From positions 77,748,001-77,812,000 of the forward strand of contig OZ024741.1 of assembly GCA_964016885.1 (NCBI GenBank): 64,000 bases of DNA, in the 5' to 3' direction. Both the position numbers and the translations under genes were made by a program. Source of the DNA: Eledone cirrhosa (lineage: Eukaryota). This document shows, in pieces, positions 29,209-41,169 of the stretch (within the stretch, counting starts at the first letter, position 1; each line of letters begins with the position of its first letter). Below the pieces are notes generated by a model. It searched no databases and was not told the origin of the DNA. It was given only the letters and a program-made list of their open reading frames with translations.

Positions 29209-29937
29209 ATCATCATCGTTTAACATCTATCTTCCATGCTAGCATGGGTAAGACGAGGAATTATCCCACTTGAGGCAAGATTGAACGGGAGACTGTCTCA
29301 CTCGGATAGGACTGTATCTGGCAGCTTTTCTACGGCTGGATGCTCTTCCTAACACCAACCAATTTACAGTGTGGACTGGATGTTCTGTGGTACCAACATA
29401 ACTTTACAGAGAAAGGGTGGTGTGGGTGGAAGTGGGAGGATGGAGTAGGAATAGTGGGTTGGGGTGTATATTTGGTTAAGAGGTGCCTACTGACAGTAGG
29501 TTTAACTTTGTATGTAAGGCAAGGCGGGTCTTCTGTATTACTGTGTAGCGCCAAAGGTCTTGATCCAGTGACATTGTCTTAGAGAGGTGTAAGTGTGCAA
29601 GGTCAGATTTTATCATGTTGTCCCAGGTTTTTCTGGGTCTACCTACTCCGTAGCTTCCATCAATTTCGATCGCCCTGTACTTTTTTATACAACTGCTGTC
29701 TTTCATGTGCATCACATGACCATGCCAACGTAATCTCCTCTCAGGTAAACAGCATCCTAATTTCTCACTTAGTTTGTTTTTGTTTTGCCGTTCGCGTATA
29801 TTACTATTACACATCCAACGGAGCATGCATGCTTCGTTCCTTTTCAATCTGCACAGGTCCTCTGCACACAATGCCCATATCTCACTGAAATATAATATTG
29901 CTGTTCGTATACAAACATCATACAATCTGCCTTTGAT
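29209..29937 (-). mobile_element. RTE 3' fragment with UTR
   Basis: ORF 29476-29925 ([29 protein letters not shown]) plus tail. Confidence 0.9.
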
Positions 29938-29942
29938 TTATA

Positions 29943-31362
29943 TATGTATTCTTTTACTCTTTTACATCTTCCAGCCATCCGGCTGAGGCCATGCTGGGGC
30001 ACCGCCCTTGTTGCTACACATTTTATCTCCAGCCTGTATTGGTTGGCCACTGGTGCAAGAGGGAGTTTGTTGCTGCTGCCCTTAGGTTTCCTTTGTGCCT
30101 TGCTGTGGGCTCATCCGGGATCCTGGATAGCAAGGTGTCGAGATGTTTTGTGAAGACATCCACATCATGCAGATCTCTCAGATCCCTCGGCAGCTTGTTG
30201 AAGAGCTCAGGGCCCTTGAACCCCAGGCTATTGCAATATCTGCTCCTTATTCTAGATGTGGAAGACGAGACCTATGGCACCACACAGTGACGTCCTGTTA
30301 GACGGTTCATCCAGCTCCCAATGCCAAAGTTTGGTGCTAGTCCCTCCAGGATTTTCCACATGTAGATCACTGCGTATCTCTCTCGTCTTCGTTCCAAGGA
30401 GTAGGGTTCAGTTCTTTTAGCCTCTCCCAGTAGCTTATCTCCTTCATCGTGGCAATCCTCTTGGTGTAGCTTCGCTGGATTGCCTCAAGCTCTGCGGTTA
30501 GTTTGACACTATGGGGTGACCACAACTGGGAGCAATAGTCCAGGCGCCTTAGGACAAATGTCCTCCATAGTGTCAACATGGTGTCTTGGTCTCTTGTCGG
30601 AAAGTCCTCAAGATCCAGCCAGCGAGTCATCTGCACATTGTCGCCACTTTCATGATGTGTGAGGAAAAAGATGCATCATCACTCATGTCTATACTCAGGT
30701 CTTGTATCGATTTTGACACGGGGATATCGGTCCCTCCTGGTCCTGCGTAACTGTGTTGTACTGTATTTGTGTTTGCAGGTTTGTATTGTAGGCCTTGGAA
30801 TTTGGCAGCATTAAACTGCATGTTGTTTTCTTCCGCCCATCTGTATATGGCATCCAGATTTTGTTGTAAAAGGGCAGTGTCAGCCGGGTTTTTGATTGCC
30901 TGTGCTACCTTAGTGTCATCAGCATAGCTAGTGAGGGATGTTGCTGTATGTACTACAGAGGGCATGTCTGAGAAAGCCACCAAAAACAGGACTGCTTTGG
31001 GGCACCCCACTTGTTATTGATGTTTCCTTTGAGAGGGCCCCGTTTGCTGCGACTGTCTGGCTTCTGTCTTTTAAGAAGTCGTGCTGCCACTCACCTACTT
31101 TTCCAGTTATGCCGAGTCTGTTCAGTTTGTGACATATCATTCCGTGGTCGACCTTGTCAAAGGTCTTCGCAAAGTCAAGCTATATCACGTCCACATGTGA
31201 GCTGTCTAGCAGTTCTTTCAGTACCCAGTCGTAATGATGTAGCAGCTGTGTAAGACAGCTTCTTCCTGGGCGAAAGCCATGCTGCGTGCTAGTCAGGCAG
31301 TCATTTTCCTCGAGGAAAGTGATCAGTTTCTTTCTGATGACTCGTTCCATGACCTTACTGAT
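29943..31362 (-). mobile_element. CR1-clade LINE fragment (RT and 3' region)
   Basis: QHGFRPGRSCLTQL, DFAKTFDKVDH, SGVPQ, YADDTK, RLDYCSQLWSP and SYWERLKEL motifs, with frameshifts. Confidence 0.88.
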
Positions 31363-31699
31363 ACTTTGTTTTTGTGTATGCAAAAACATCTGTACACGAA
31401 TATCTATATTAAAATAACATATTAAAGTTTAAGCAAAGAATCGCTGCTTTCAACCTTAACGTGATCTTCTGAAACTAAAAAATCAATCTGTGAACGCAGA
31501 TGTAAATATTTTGAAAAACGTTGCAACCGAAGGAAAACAGGAAGACGATACTTTGGTTCGTGAAGACGTTCCCTGGCATAAGAATATATATATACACATA
31601 CCATATATACATATACACACACACACACACTGATCACGTCATAATGACGTAATGCAGACAGCCAGGCATACAGACAGATATTATAAGGGCGCGATGTCA

Positions 31700-31930
31700 T
31701 ATCTATGTATCAATCTAAAAAGAGAAAGGCTAAGAGAGAGAGAAAGATAGCTAAATCGCCTAATGCGGTCCCTAGGGCAGTGAAAATTTGAAATTTTTTT
31801 TGCTCAGAACACTCAATAGGACCATAAGTATTACATGTGTAAAGTTTGAAAACAATCGGTTAGGTGGTTCTCGAGTTTTAGTGATTGTACAGACAGACAA
31901 ACAGACATTCTCTGTTTTAGTAATATAGAT
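31700..31930 (-). mobile_element. Non-autonomous Helitron-like 5' end
   Basis: Minus strand begins A|TCTATATTACTAAAA...TGTCTGTTTGTCTGTCTGT...AACCGATT..CAAACTTT, resembling invertebrate non-autonomous Helitron 5' termini. No CTAG 3' end was found. Confidence 0.5.
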
Positions 31931-32043
31931 ATGTATATATATATATATTATAATATATATGATATATGTATATAATATATATGATATATGTATATAATAT
32001 ATATATGTATATATATGTATATATATATATATATAAGATATAT

Positions 32044-34727
32044 GTAAACACAAAAGCCTTCCCTAGTGAGGAATGTACATCCCAACATAGCTTAGTTGTC
32101 AGCGACCTCACGGTCAGAACTAGACGAGCCCTGAAACAGAGGCCAACCTGGAGAAGAAAGATCTGGAAGCTGAAAGTCCCCTCAACCAGTAACAGATTTA
32201 AAGATATTTTACTCAACGCCTACGACAGTAAAGAAGAACAGATAGAGACATTTAACGTAGAAGAGAACTGGGAGTTCCTAAAAAATAACTTACTAGAGGC
32301 GACGGATGAGGTTTGTGGCTGGAGTAAGACCTCAAGCAGGAGGAGAGTGACTTGGTGGTGGAACAATAAGGTAGATGAAGCAGTCAAGGCCAAGAGACAG
32401 GCATGGAAAGAATGGAAGAACGGGGGGAGCAGGGTACATTACATAGAGACCAAGAGGGAAGCTAGGCGACAAGTATACTTAGCTAGGAGGGAAGCAGAGG
32501 ATAGAAAATTCAAGCATGTTTTACAACGTGAGGACCAGAAACAGGAGGTATTCAAGATTGCGAGGCAGTGTGTCAGAGATAGTTGTGATGTCATTGGAGA
32601 GAAGTGTATCCGGAATGATAAAGGTGAGCTTGCCCTCACAAGTGCTGAGAAGAAAGATGCATGGAAGAGTCATTATGATAGATTACTAAATGAGGAGAAT
32701 GCATGGGAAGAAGAGACCCTACCCCACGTAGACCCTATAGAGGGACCAGCAGTACAAGTCAGCGGCAGCGTAGTAAGTAAGGCAATCAGAGATATGAAGA
32801 TAGGGAAGGCAACCGGTCCATCGGGTATAGCTGCCGAGATGCTGAAGGCATCTGGGTCTGTAGGTCACACTATAACCACACGTATCGTTAACCAGGTAAT
32901 ACTAGAGGGGGCCATACCAAAAGATTGGTGCAGTAGCATCATTGTCAACTGCTACAAAGGTAAAGGCGATGCACTAGATAGAGGAAACTATAGAGGTATA
33001 AAGTTGATGGACCAGGTCATGAAAGTAACAGAAAGAGTTATAGCACAGCTGATTAGGGACCGGGTGAATATAGACGAGATGCAATTTGGGTTTGTTCCAG
33101 GGAAAGGCACCACTGATGCGCTCTTCCTTGTGAGGCAATTACAGGAAAAGTACCTAGCTAAAAGTAAGCCACTCTACTTGGCATTTGTCGACCTTGAGAA
33201 AGCCTTTGACAGAGTTCCACGTGCAGTAATCTGGTGGGCTCTTAGAAAACTAGGAGTAGATGAATGGCTTGTGAAAGCGGTACAAGCCATGTATAGGGGA
33301 GCAGTCAGCAAAGTTAGGATTGGCAATGAGTATAGCGAGGAATTTAGCGTACAGGTTGGGGTCCACCAGGGCTCTGTTCTTAGCCCTCTCCTGTTCATCA
33401 TAGTCCTGCAGGCAATAACGGAGGAGTTTAAGACCGGATGCCCATGGGAACTCCTGTATGCTGATGACCTCGCACTCATAGCTGAATCTATGGTAGAACT
33501 AGAGAATAAATTCCAAACCTGGAAGCAGGGACTAGAGAGAAAGGGCCTCAAAGTCAACATGACAAAGACTAAGGTCCTTATAAGTAGACGAGAAAACAGA
33601 ACCCAGATCCCCTCAGGGAAATGGCCTTGCTCAGTATGTAGGAAAGGTGTAGGTAGGAACTCCATTCTCTGCCCCAAATGCAAACAATGGGTACACAAGA
33701 GATGTAGCGGGATCTCAGGAAGCTTAATTAAGAATGTAGGATTCACATGCAGCAGCTGTGCTGAAACAGCAAGCAAACAGCCACAGGAAACAAGTACCAC
33801 CAATCTCTGGGAGGGCCCTGTAGAAACAGTAGACAGCTTCTGCTACCTAGGTGACCGAATTAGCAACGGAGGTGGGTGCTCAGAAAGTACAATAACTAGG
33901 GTAAGAACGGGATGGAAGAAGTTTAGGGAACTACTACCACTGCTAGCTGCAAAAGGCTTCTCCCTCAGAATGAAAGGCAGACTGTATGATGCGTGTATCC
34001 GAACAGCGATGTTGCATGGTAGTGAGACCTGGGCGCTGAAGGTGGAAGACTTACGTAGATTAGAGAGAAACGAAGCCTGCATGCTCCGATGGATGTGTAA
34101 CAGTAATATACGTGAACGACAAAGCATAAAGGAATTGAGAGAGAGACTGAGCATAAGAGGAATCAAATGCTGCGTGCAGGAGAGGCGGTTACGCTGGTAT
34201 GGACATGTGATGCGTATGAAGGATGACAGCTGCATAAAAAGGTGCAGAGCACTAGAAGTTGATGGAAACCGCGGAGTGGGGAGACCCAAGATGACTTGGG
34301 ATGAGGTGATAAAAGCCGACCTTACCCAACTACACCTCTCAAAGTCAATGACACACGACCGTGACTTCTGGCGTCACGCAGTAATACAGGGTACCCGACC
34401 TCCCATGGGTACATGCTGAAGCATATAAACAATATGCCCCCCCCCCCCCCCCCCCCACCGCAAGGTGGTCGTGGAGGTGCCACGGCAAAAAAGCACCCAG
34501 CCCACACTGTAAAGTGGACGTGTAGGCGCCACGAAAAAGCACCCAGCACTCACTGTAAATGAGGTTGGTGTTAGGAAGGGCATCCAGCTGTAGAAATCAA
34601 GCCAGATCAGTTCCTGTATGAGCAAGGCATGGTCAGCCGACCAGACACTGCCCACAACAGGACAACCCGTCTAACCCATGCTAGCGTGGAAGAACGGACG
34701 TAAAACGGTGATGATGATGATGATGAT
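32044..34727 (+). mobile_element. RTE-clade LINE, 5'-truncated, uninterrupted RT ORF (stop at 34419), about 300-bp 3' UTR and (GAT)n tail
   Basis: Motifs [63 protein letters not shown]. The first residues of the called 817-aa ORF are (TA)n read-through. Confidence 0.95.
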
Positions 34728-34740
34728 ATGTATGATATAT

Positions 34741-35045
34741 ATCATCATCATCGTTTTACGTCCGCTTTTCCCTGTTTGCAAGGGTGGGACGTGTCCTATT
34801 CAGCACAGCATCTCTCTACTTGTCACGGTCCTTTGTCAGCTCCACCAATCACTTCAGCTATCTGAGGTCTGCTCTCACCACCTCTGCCCATGTTTTTCGA
34901 GGTCTTCCTCTACTACGTCTTCCTTCAACTGGCATTTCTTGGCACTTCTTCAACCATCACATGTCCATACCATCGCAGTCACCTCTCCCGCACACAACAA
35001 TTTATCCCTCTCAGACACAGTTTCTCTCTCAACACATCCATGCTC
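34741..35045 (-). mobile_element. RTE 3' fragment (short-UTR subfamily, like 11311-11640)
   Basis: (ATC)n-GTTTTACGTCCGCTTTTCCC tail and close similarity to 11321-11640. Confidence 0.88.
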
Positions 35046-35890
35046 GGCTGTAGCTGGATGCCCTTCCTAACACCATCCTCATTTACAGTGTGGGCTGGGT
35101 GTTTTTTGCTGTGGCACCTCCACGACAGCTTTGCAGTGGAAGGGGGTGGAGGCATATTGTCTATATGCTTCAGCTTCGGCTTGTTCCTGTGGGAAGTCAG
35201 GTCTTCTGTATTACTGCGTGATTCCAGAGGTCATGGTCGTGTGTCATCGCCCTTGAGAGGTGCAATTGGGTAAGGTCGGCTTTTATCACCTCATCCCAGG
35301 TCTTCCTTGGTCTCCCCACTCCACTGCTTCCATCGACTTCTAGTGCTCTGCACCTTTTTATGCAGCTGTCATTCTACATACACATCACATGTCCATACCA
35401 ACGTAACCTCCTCTCCATAACACAGCATTTGATTCCTCTTATGCTCAGTCTCTCTCTCAATTGGTTTATGCTTTGCCATTCGTGTATTACACATCCATCA
35501 GAGGTCTCACTACCATGTAACATTGCTGTTCGTATACGCGCATCATACAGTCTGCCTTTCATTTTGAGGGAAAAGCCTTTTGCAGCTAGCAGTGGCTGTA
35601 GCTCCCTGAACTTCTTCCATCCCGTTCTAACCCTAGTTATTGTACTTACCGAACAACCACCTCCACTGCTAATTCGGTCACCTAGGTAGCAGAAGCTGTC
35701 TACTGTTTCTACAGAGCTCTCCCAGAGTTTGGTGATGCTTGTTTCCTGTGGTCGTTTGCTGCTTGCTGTCCCAGCACAGCTGCTACATATGAAGCCTACA
35801 TTTTTAGTTAAACTTCCTGATATCACACTACATCTTTTGTGTACCCATTGTTTCCATTTGGGGCAGAGGATGGAGTTCCTACCTACACCT
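35046..35890 (-). mobile_element. RTE fragment, inverted relative to 32044-34727 and closely related to it
   Basis: ORF 35374-35979 contains [33 protein letters not shown], with part of the UTR. Confidence 0.9.
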
Positions 35891-35941
35891 TTATTATATA
35901 TATATATATATACATATATCATATATATATATGTATACATA

Positions 35942-35982
<41 letters not shown>

Positions 35983-36128
35983 TCATATACATCATATATA
36001 TATATATATACACACACACACATATATACATATACACACACACACACACATATATACATATACACACACATATATATACATATACACACACATATATCAT
36101 ATATCATATATATATAATATATGTATAA

Positions 36129-36160
<32 letters not shown>

Positions 36161-38270
36161 TGGGAGAAAGGCAGTCTCCCCCATATCGACCCAATAGAGG
36201 GACCAGCAGTGTTAGTCGAGGGGAGTATAATAAGTAAGGCAATCAAGGATATGAAGACTGGTAAGGCGGCTGGGCCTTCGGAAATAGTTGCTGAGATGCT
36301 GAAGGCATCTGGCACGGTGGGACACACCATGGTCACCCGCATAGTTAACCAAGTCGTACAGAACGGGGTTGTTCCGAAGGACTGGCATAGCAGCATCATC
36401 GTTAACTGTTATAAGGGTAAAGGAGACGCCCTAGATAGGAGTAACTATAGAGGCATTAAATTAATCGACCAGGTCATGAAGGTCACGGAAAGAGTAATAG
36501 CGCAACTAATCAGAGAGAGAATTGACCTAGATGAAATGCAGTTCGGGTTTGTGTCAGGCAAAAGTACCACAGACGCTCTTTTCATAGTACGACAACTACA
36601 GGAGAAGTACCTAGCTAAAGGTAAACCCCTCTACTTAGCTTTTGTCGACTTGGAGAAAGCCTTCGACAGAGTCCCCCGCTCCATTATCTGGTGGGCTCTT
36701 AGAAAACTAGGCGTTGACGAATGGCTTGTGAGGGCTATACAAGCCATGTATAAAGAAACAGTCAGCAAGGTTAGAATTAACAACGAATATAGTGAAGAGT
36801 TTAGCGTAAAAGTCGGCGTCCATCAGGGCTCTGTTCTCAGTCCACTACTATTTATTATTGCCCTTCAGGCTATAACAGAGGAGTTCAAGACAGGCTGCCC
36901 ATGGGAACTCCTATACGCAGACGACCTGACACTCATAGCGGAATCAATGGCCGAGCTAGAGAAGAAATTCCAAACATGGAAGCACGGCCTAGAGTCAAAA
37001 GGACTTAAAATTAACCTGGCTAAGACCAAAGTACTAGTTTGTAGGAAAGAAAACAAGGCGGCGGTCCCTTCGGGGAAATGGTCGTGCTCGGTGTGTAGGA
37101 AAGGCGTAGGTAGAAACTCCATTTTATGTCCTAAATGCAAAGTATGGGTGCATAAAAGATGTAGTGGGATCACAGGTAAGCTAACTAAGAACATAGATTT
37201 TACATGTGGCCGGTGCTCTGGTGCAATAAGTAGCAGCAAGTGCCCACAAACTACTAGCTCTTTCAATTGCGCAGAGGGTTCTATAGAAATAGTGGACAGC
37301 TTCCGTTACCTGGGCGATAAAATCAGCAGTGGGGGAGGGTGCTCTGAAAGTACTGTAGCTAGAGTCAGAACTGGTTGGAAAAAGTTCAGAGAGCTTATAC
37401 CACTATTAGCTGCTAAAGGGTTCTCACTAAAAATGAAAGGCAGGTTGTACGATGCCTGCATACGAACAGCAATGCTGCATGGCAGTGAGACCTGGGCATT
37501 GTGTGCAGAGGATATACGCAGACTAGAGAGGAACGAAGCTTGCATGCTCCGCTGGATGTGTAACAGTAATATACGTGAACGGCAAAGCATAAACGAACTA
37601 AGGAAAAAATTAGAGATAAGAGGGATCAGATGTTGTTTACTCGAGAGAAGGCTACGTTGGTATGGACACGTGATGCGCATGAAAGTCGATAGCTGTATAA
37701 CAAAGTGCAGGGCAATAAAGATAGACGGTAGTCACGGAATAGGCAGACCTAGAAAAACCTGGGACGAGCTGATAAACTCCGACATCACACACTTACACCT
37801 CTCCAAGACAATGTCACTGGACCGAGACCTTTGGCGGTACTCAGTAACAGAGAAGACCCGCCTTACCTAAATATATAGTAAAACCTACTCCAGCCAGTAG
37901 GCATCTCTAACAAAATACACCCCGTCCCACCACCCCCACCCCCACCCGATCCACACCACCCCGTTCTATGTAAAGTTATGTTGGTGCCGCGCCATCGAGG
38001 CCGAAACAAATGAGATCGTGTAGGTGTCACGACAAAAAAACACACAGTCCACGCTGTAATGTGGCCGTGTAGGCAACACGGTAAAAACCTCCCAGACCCA
38101 CACTGTAAATGTGGTTGGTGTTAGGAAGGGCATCCAACTGTAGAAAACCTGCCAGACAGTCCTATGCGAGCAAGACAATCACTCTTGCCTCAAGTGGGAC
38201 TACCCCCGTCCAAACCCATGCAAGCGTGGAACACGGACGTTAAACGTTGATGATGATGATGATGATGATG
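36161..38270 (+). mobile_element. RTE-clade LINE of a second subfamily, 5'-truncated, uninterrupted RT ORF to 37870
   Basis: Same RT motifs with many synonymous differences from 32044-34727. Starts directly after (TA)n and ends GGACGTTAAACGTTGATGATGAT. Confidence 0.95.
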
Positions 38271-38274
38271 ATAT

Positions 38275-38806
38275 AAATTCCATCAAATGTACACAATGCA
38301 GGTCTTGGGTACACAAGAGATGTAGTGGGATAGCAGGCAAAGAAACAGGTAGGGAAAACTATGTATGCAGTAGATGTACAGGGAAAGTTGGCAGTAATAA
38401 TCACTGAGATAGACTCATTTTTGCACTGCAGGTCGGTTCTATAGAAGTGGTTGATAGCTTCTGGTACCTAGGTGATCAGATTAGCATGGGTGGTGGGTGA
38501 TCAGAGGTCATAGTATCTAGAATAAGGACGGATTGGAAGAACTTTGGGGAGCTGCTTCCTCTGTTGACAAAGAAGGGTTTCTCCCGGCATACGAAAAGAC
38601 GGTTATATGATGCCTGTGTGAGATGCGCGATGCTGCATGGTAGTGAGACATGAGTAGCAACTGCATAAGATATGCAACGGCTGGATAGAAATGAAGCAAG
38701 TATTCTCCGTTGGATTTGCAATGTCAATAGGCATGAACGACCAAGCATAGACGAGTTGAGAAAGAAACTGGGTATAAGAAAAGCGGACGTAAAATGATGA
38801 TGATGA
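38275..38806 (+). mobile_element. Degenerate RTE fragment
   Basis: [18 protein letters not shown]...DSFWYLGDQIS...[16 protein letters not shown]; AAAAGCGGACGTAAAATGATGATG tail. Confidence 0.85.
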
Positions 38807-38870
38807 TATATTTATATATATATACATATATATATATATACACACATATATCATATATATATATATATGA

Positions 38871-38915
<45 letters not shown>

Positions 38916-38984
38916 ATATATATATATATATGCTATATGTGTGTGTATATATATATATGCTATATGTGTGTGTATATATATATG

Positions 38985-39017
<33 letters not shown>

Positions 39018-39030
39018 GTATATATATATG

Positions 39031-39068
<38 letters not shown>

Positions 39069-39445
39069 TATAGCATATATATATATATACACACACACAT
39101 ATAGCATATATATATACACACACACATATAGCATATATATATATATACACACACATATAGCATATATATATATACACACACATATAGCATATATATATAT
39201 ATACACACACATATAGCATATATATATATACACACACATATAGCATATATATATATACACACATATAGCATATATATATATACACACATATATCATATAC
39301 ATATATATATACATATACACACATATATCATATACATATATATATATATACACACACATATAGCATATATATATATACACACACATATAGCATATATATA
39401 TATACATACACATATAGCATATATATATACATATACATATATATC

Positions 39446-39510
<65 letters not shown>

Positions 39511-39800
39511 TATAGCATATATATATATATATATATACATATACACACATATAGCATATATATATATACATATACACACATATATCATATACATATATAT
39601 ATATACACACACACATATATCATATACATATATATATATATATACACACATATATATCATATATATACACACATATATATCATATACATAACACATATAT
39701 ATATGTATATATATATATATACACACATATATCATATGCATAACACACATATATATATATATATATACACACATATATCATATGCATAACACATATATAT
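38807..39800. repeat. About 1 kb compound (TA)n/(CA)n microsatellite with a higher-order TAGCA-containing unit
   Basis: Repeated (TA)n-CACACACATATAGC blocks. Confidence 0.95.
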
Positions 39801-40050
39801 ATCATCATCATCATCATCACCATTTTACGTCCGTTCTTCCACGCTAGCATGGGTTAGACGGGTTGTCCTGTTGTGGGCAGTGTCTGGTCGGCTGACCATG
39901 CCTTGCTCATACAGGAACTGATTTGGCTTGATTTCTACAGCTGGATGCCCTTCCTAACACCAATCTCATTTACAGTGTGGGCTGGGTGCTTTTTTGCCGT
40001 GGCACCTCCACGACCACCTTGCAGTGGGGGGGTGTGGGGGCATATTGTCT
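39801..40050 (-). mobile_element. RTE 3'-UTR copy nearly identical to 34430-34727
   Basis: Spurious translations MGSVWSADHALLIQELIWLDFYSWMPFLTP are identical at 39873 (+) and 34655 (-). Confidence 0.88.
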
Positions 40051-40072
40051 ATATATATATATACACACACGC

Positions 40073-40103
<31 letters not shown>

Positions 40104-40232
40104 TCATATACATAACATGCACATCATATACATAACACGCACATCATATACATAACACGCATATCATATACATAACACACACACATATATATATATATAT
40201 ATACACGCACATATCATATACATAACACACAT

Positions 40233-40408
40233 ATCATCATCATCATCATTTCATTTTACGTCCGCTTTTCCCTGCTTGCAAGGGTGGGATGGGAACTGAT
40301 TCTGGCTTGATTTCTACAGCTGGATGCCCTTCCTAACACCAACCTCATTTACAGTGAGTGCTGGGTGCTTTTTTGCCGTGGCACCTCCACGACCACTTTG
40401 CAGTGGAA
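40233..40408 (-). mobile_element. Short chimeric RTE end (short-UTR-type tail joined to long-UTR-type body)
   Basis: TTTTACGTCCGCTTTTCCCTGCTTGCAAGGGTGGGA tail followed by GGCTTGATTTCTACAGCTGGATGCCCTTCCTAACACC. Confidence 0.7.
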
Positions 40409-41169
40409 TGATAGGGACCCCAGTCCTTATCATCTCATTTCTACAGCTGAGTAAACTGGAGCAATGTGAAATAAAGTGTCTTGCTCAAGGAAACAACACA
40501 TCACCCGGTCTGAGAATTGAACTCACAACCTTCCGATTGCAAGGCCAATGCTCTAACCACTAAGCCATTCTAGTTCTCGCTCATCAGATGAAAAGTTATA
40601 TATATATTGTATATAATTATAATATATGTAAAGCTTATTAATCTGGCCTTAGATTTATATTCATGAGATTCTATTCTCATGTAATAATGTATCCTATTGC
40701 ATCTGTACAAGTATTCTTTGTATATTCCATCCATGAAAAGATCGGACCTGTTATTGTTGTAGTTGATTCTTCATTTATGAATCAGCACACTTTTTATTTG
40801 TGTTTCTTCCATTGTTGTTTTATATTACAGTTTAGTCTAGTGTTATGGTGTGGTACTATTGCTAGTCTTATTATTCTACCCTACTGTTGTCCTACACAGC
40901 CACTATATTCATCATTTGGAGTGTAGTATGTAATTTTTGCAGGGTAGGATGGCTGCAAAAATATTTTTTATACTTTTGAATCTGGCAAAGGAAGAGCTTT
41001 CTTGAAACCCTAATGTCATAATGTATCCTTAATTCCTGTTTATTAATGTTGTATCGTGAATTTACAATTCCTCAATGCTACATCCTTAATTTTTAGTATA
41101 TTCATATTATTTAATAAATTCTTGATTCTAACATTTCGTAATCTGTATTGTATTGAGTCCACATTGTAT

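Noticed and set aside
31966-32043. N-termini of the 817-aa and 713-aa ORFs as real starts
   Set aside because: They come from microsatellite or inverted-RTE read-through. The elements are 5'-truncated at 32044 and 36161.
33174-34289. Antisense ORFs of 209 and 148 aa (similarly 36865-37680 and + strand ORFs over the LTR element)
   Set aside because: Shadow frames of RT/pol coding sequence with no independent motifs.
38724-39774. Many long YI/CV/HT-rich ORFs (also near 19300-19770, 26740-27150, 28670-29040 and 35840-36400)
   Set aside because: Translations of (TA)n/(CA)n microsatellites.
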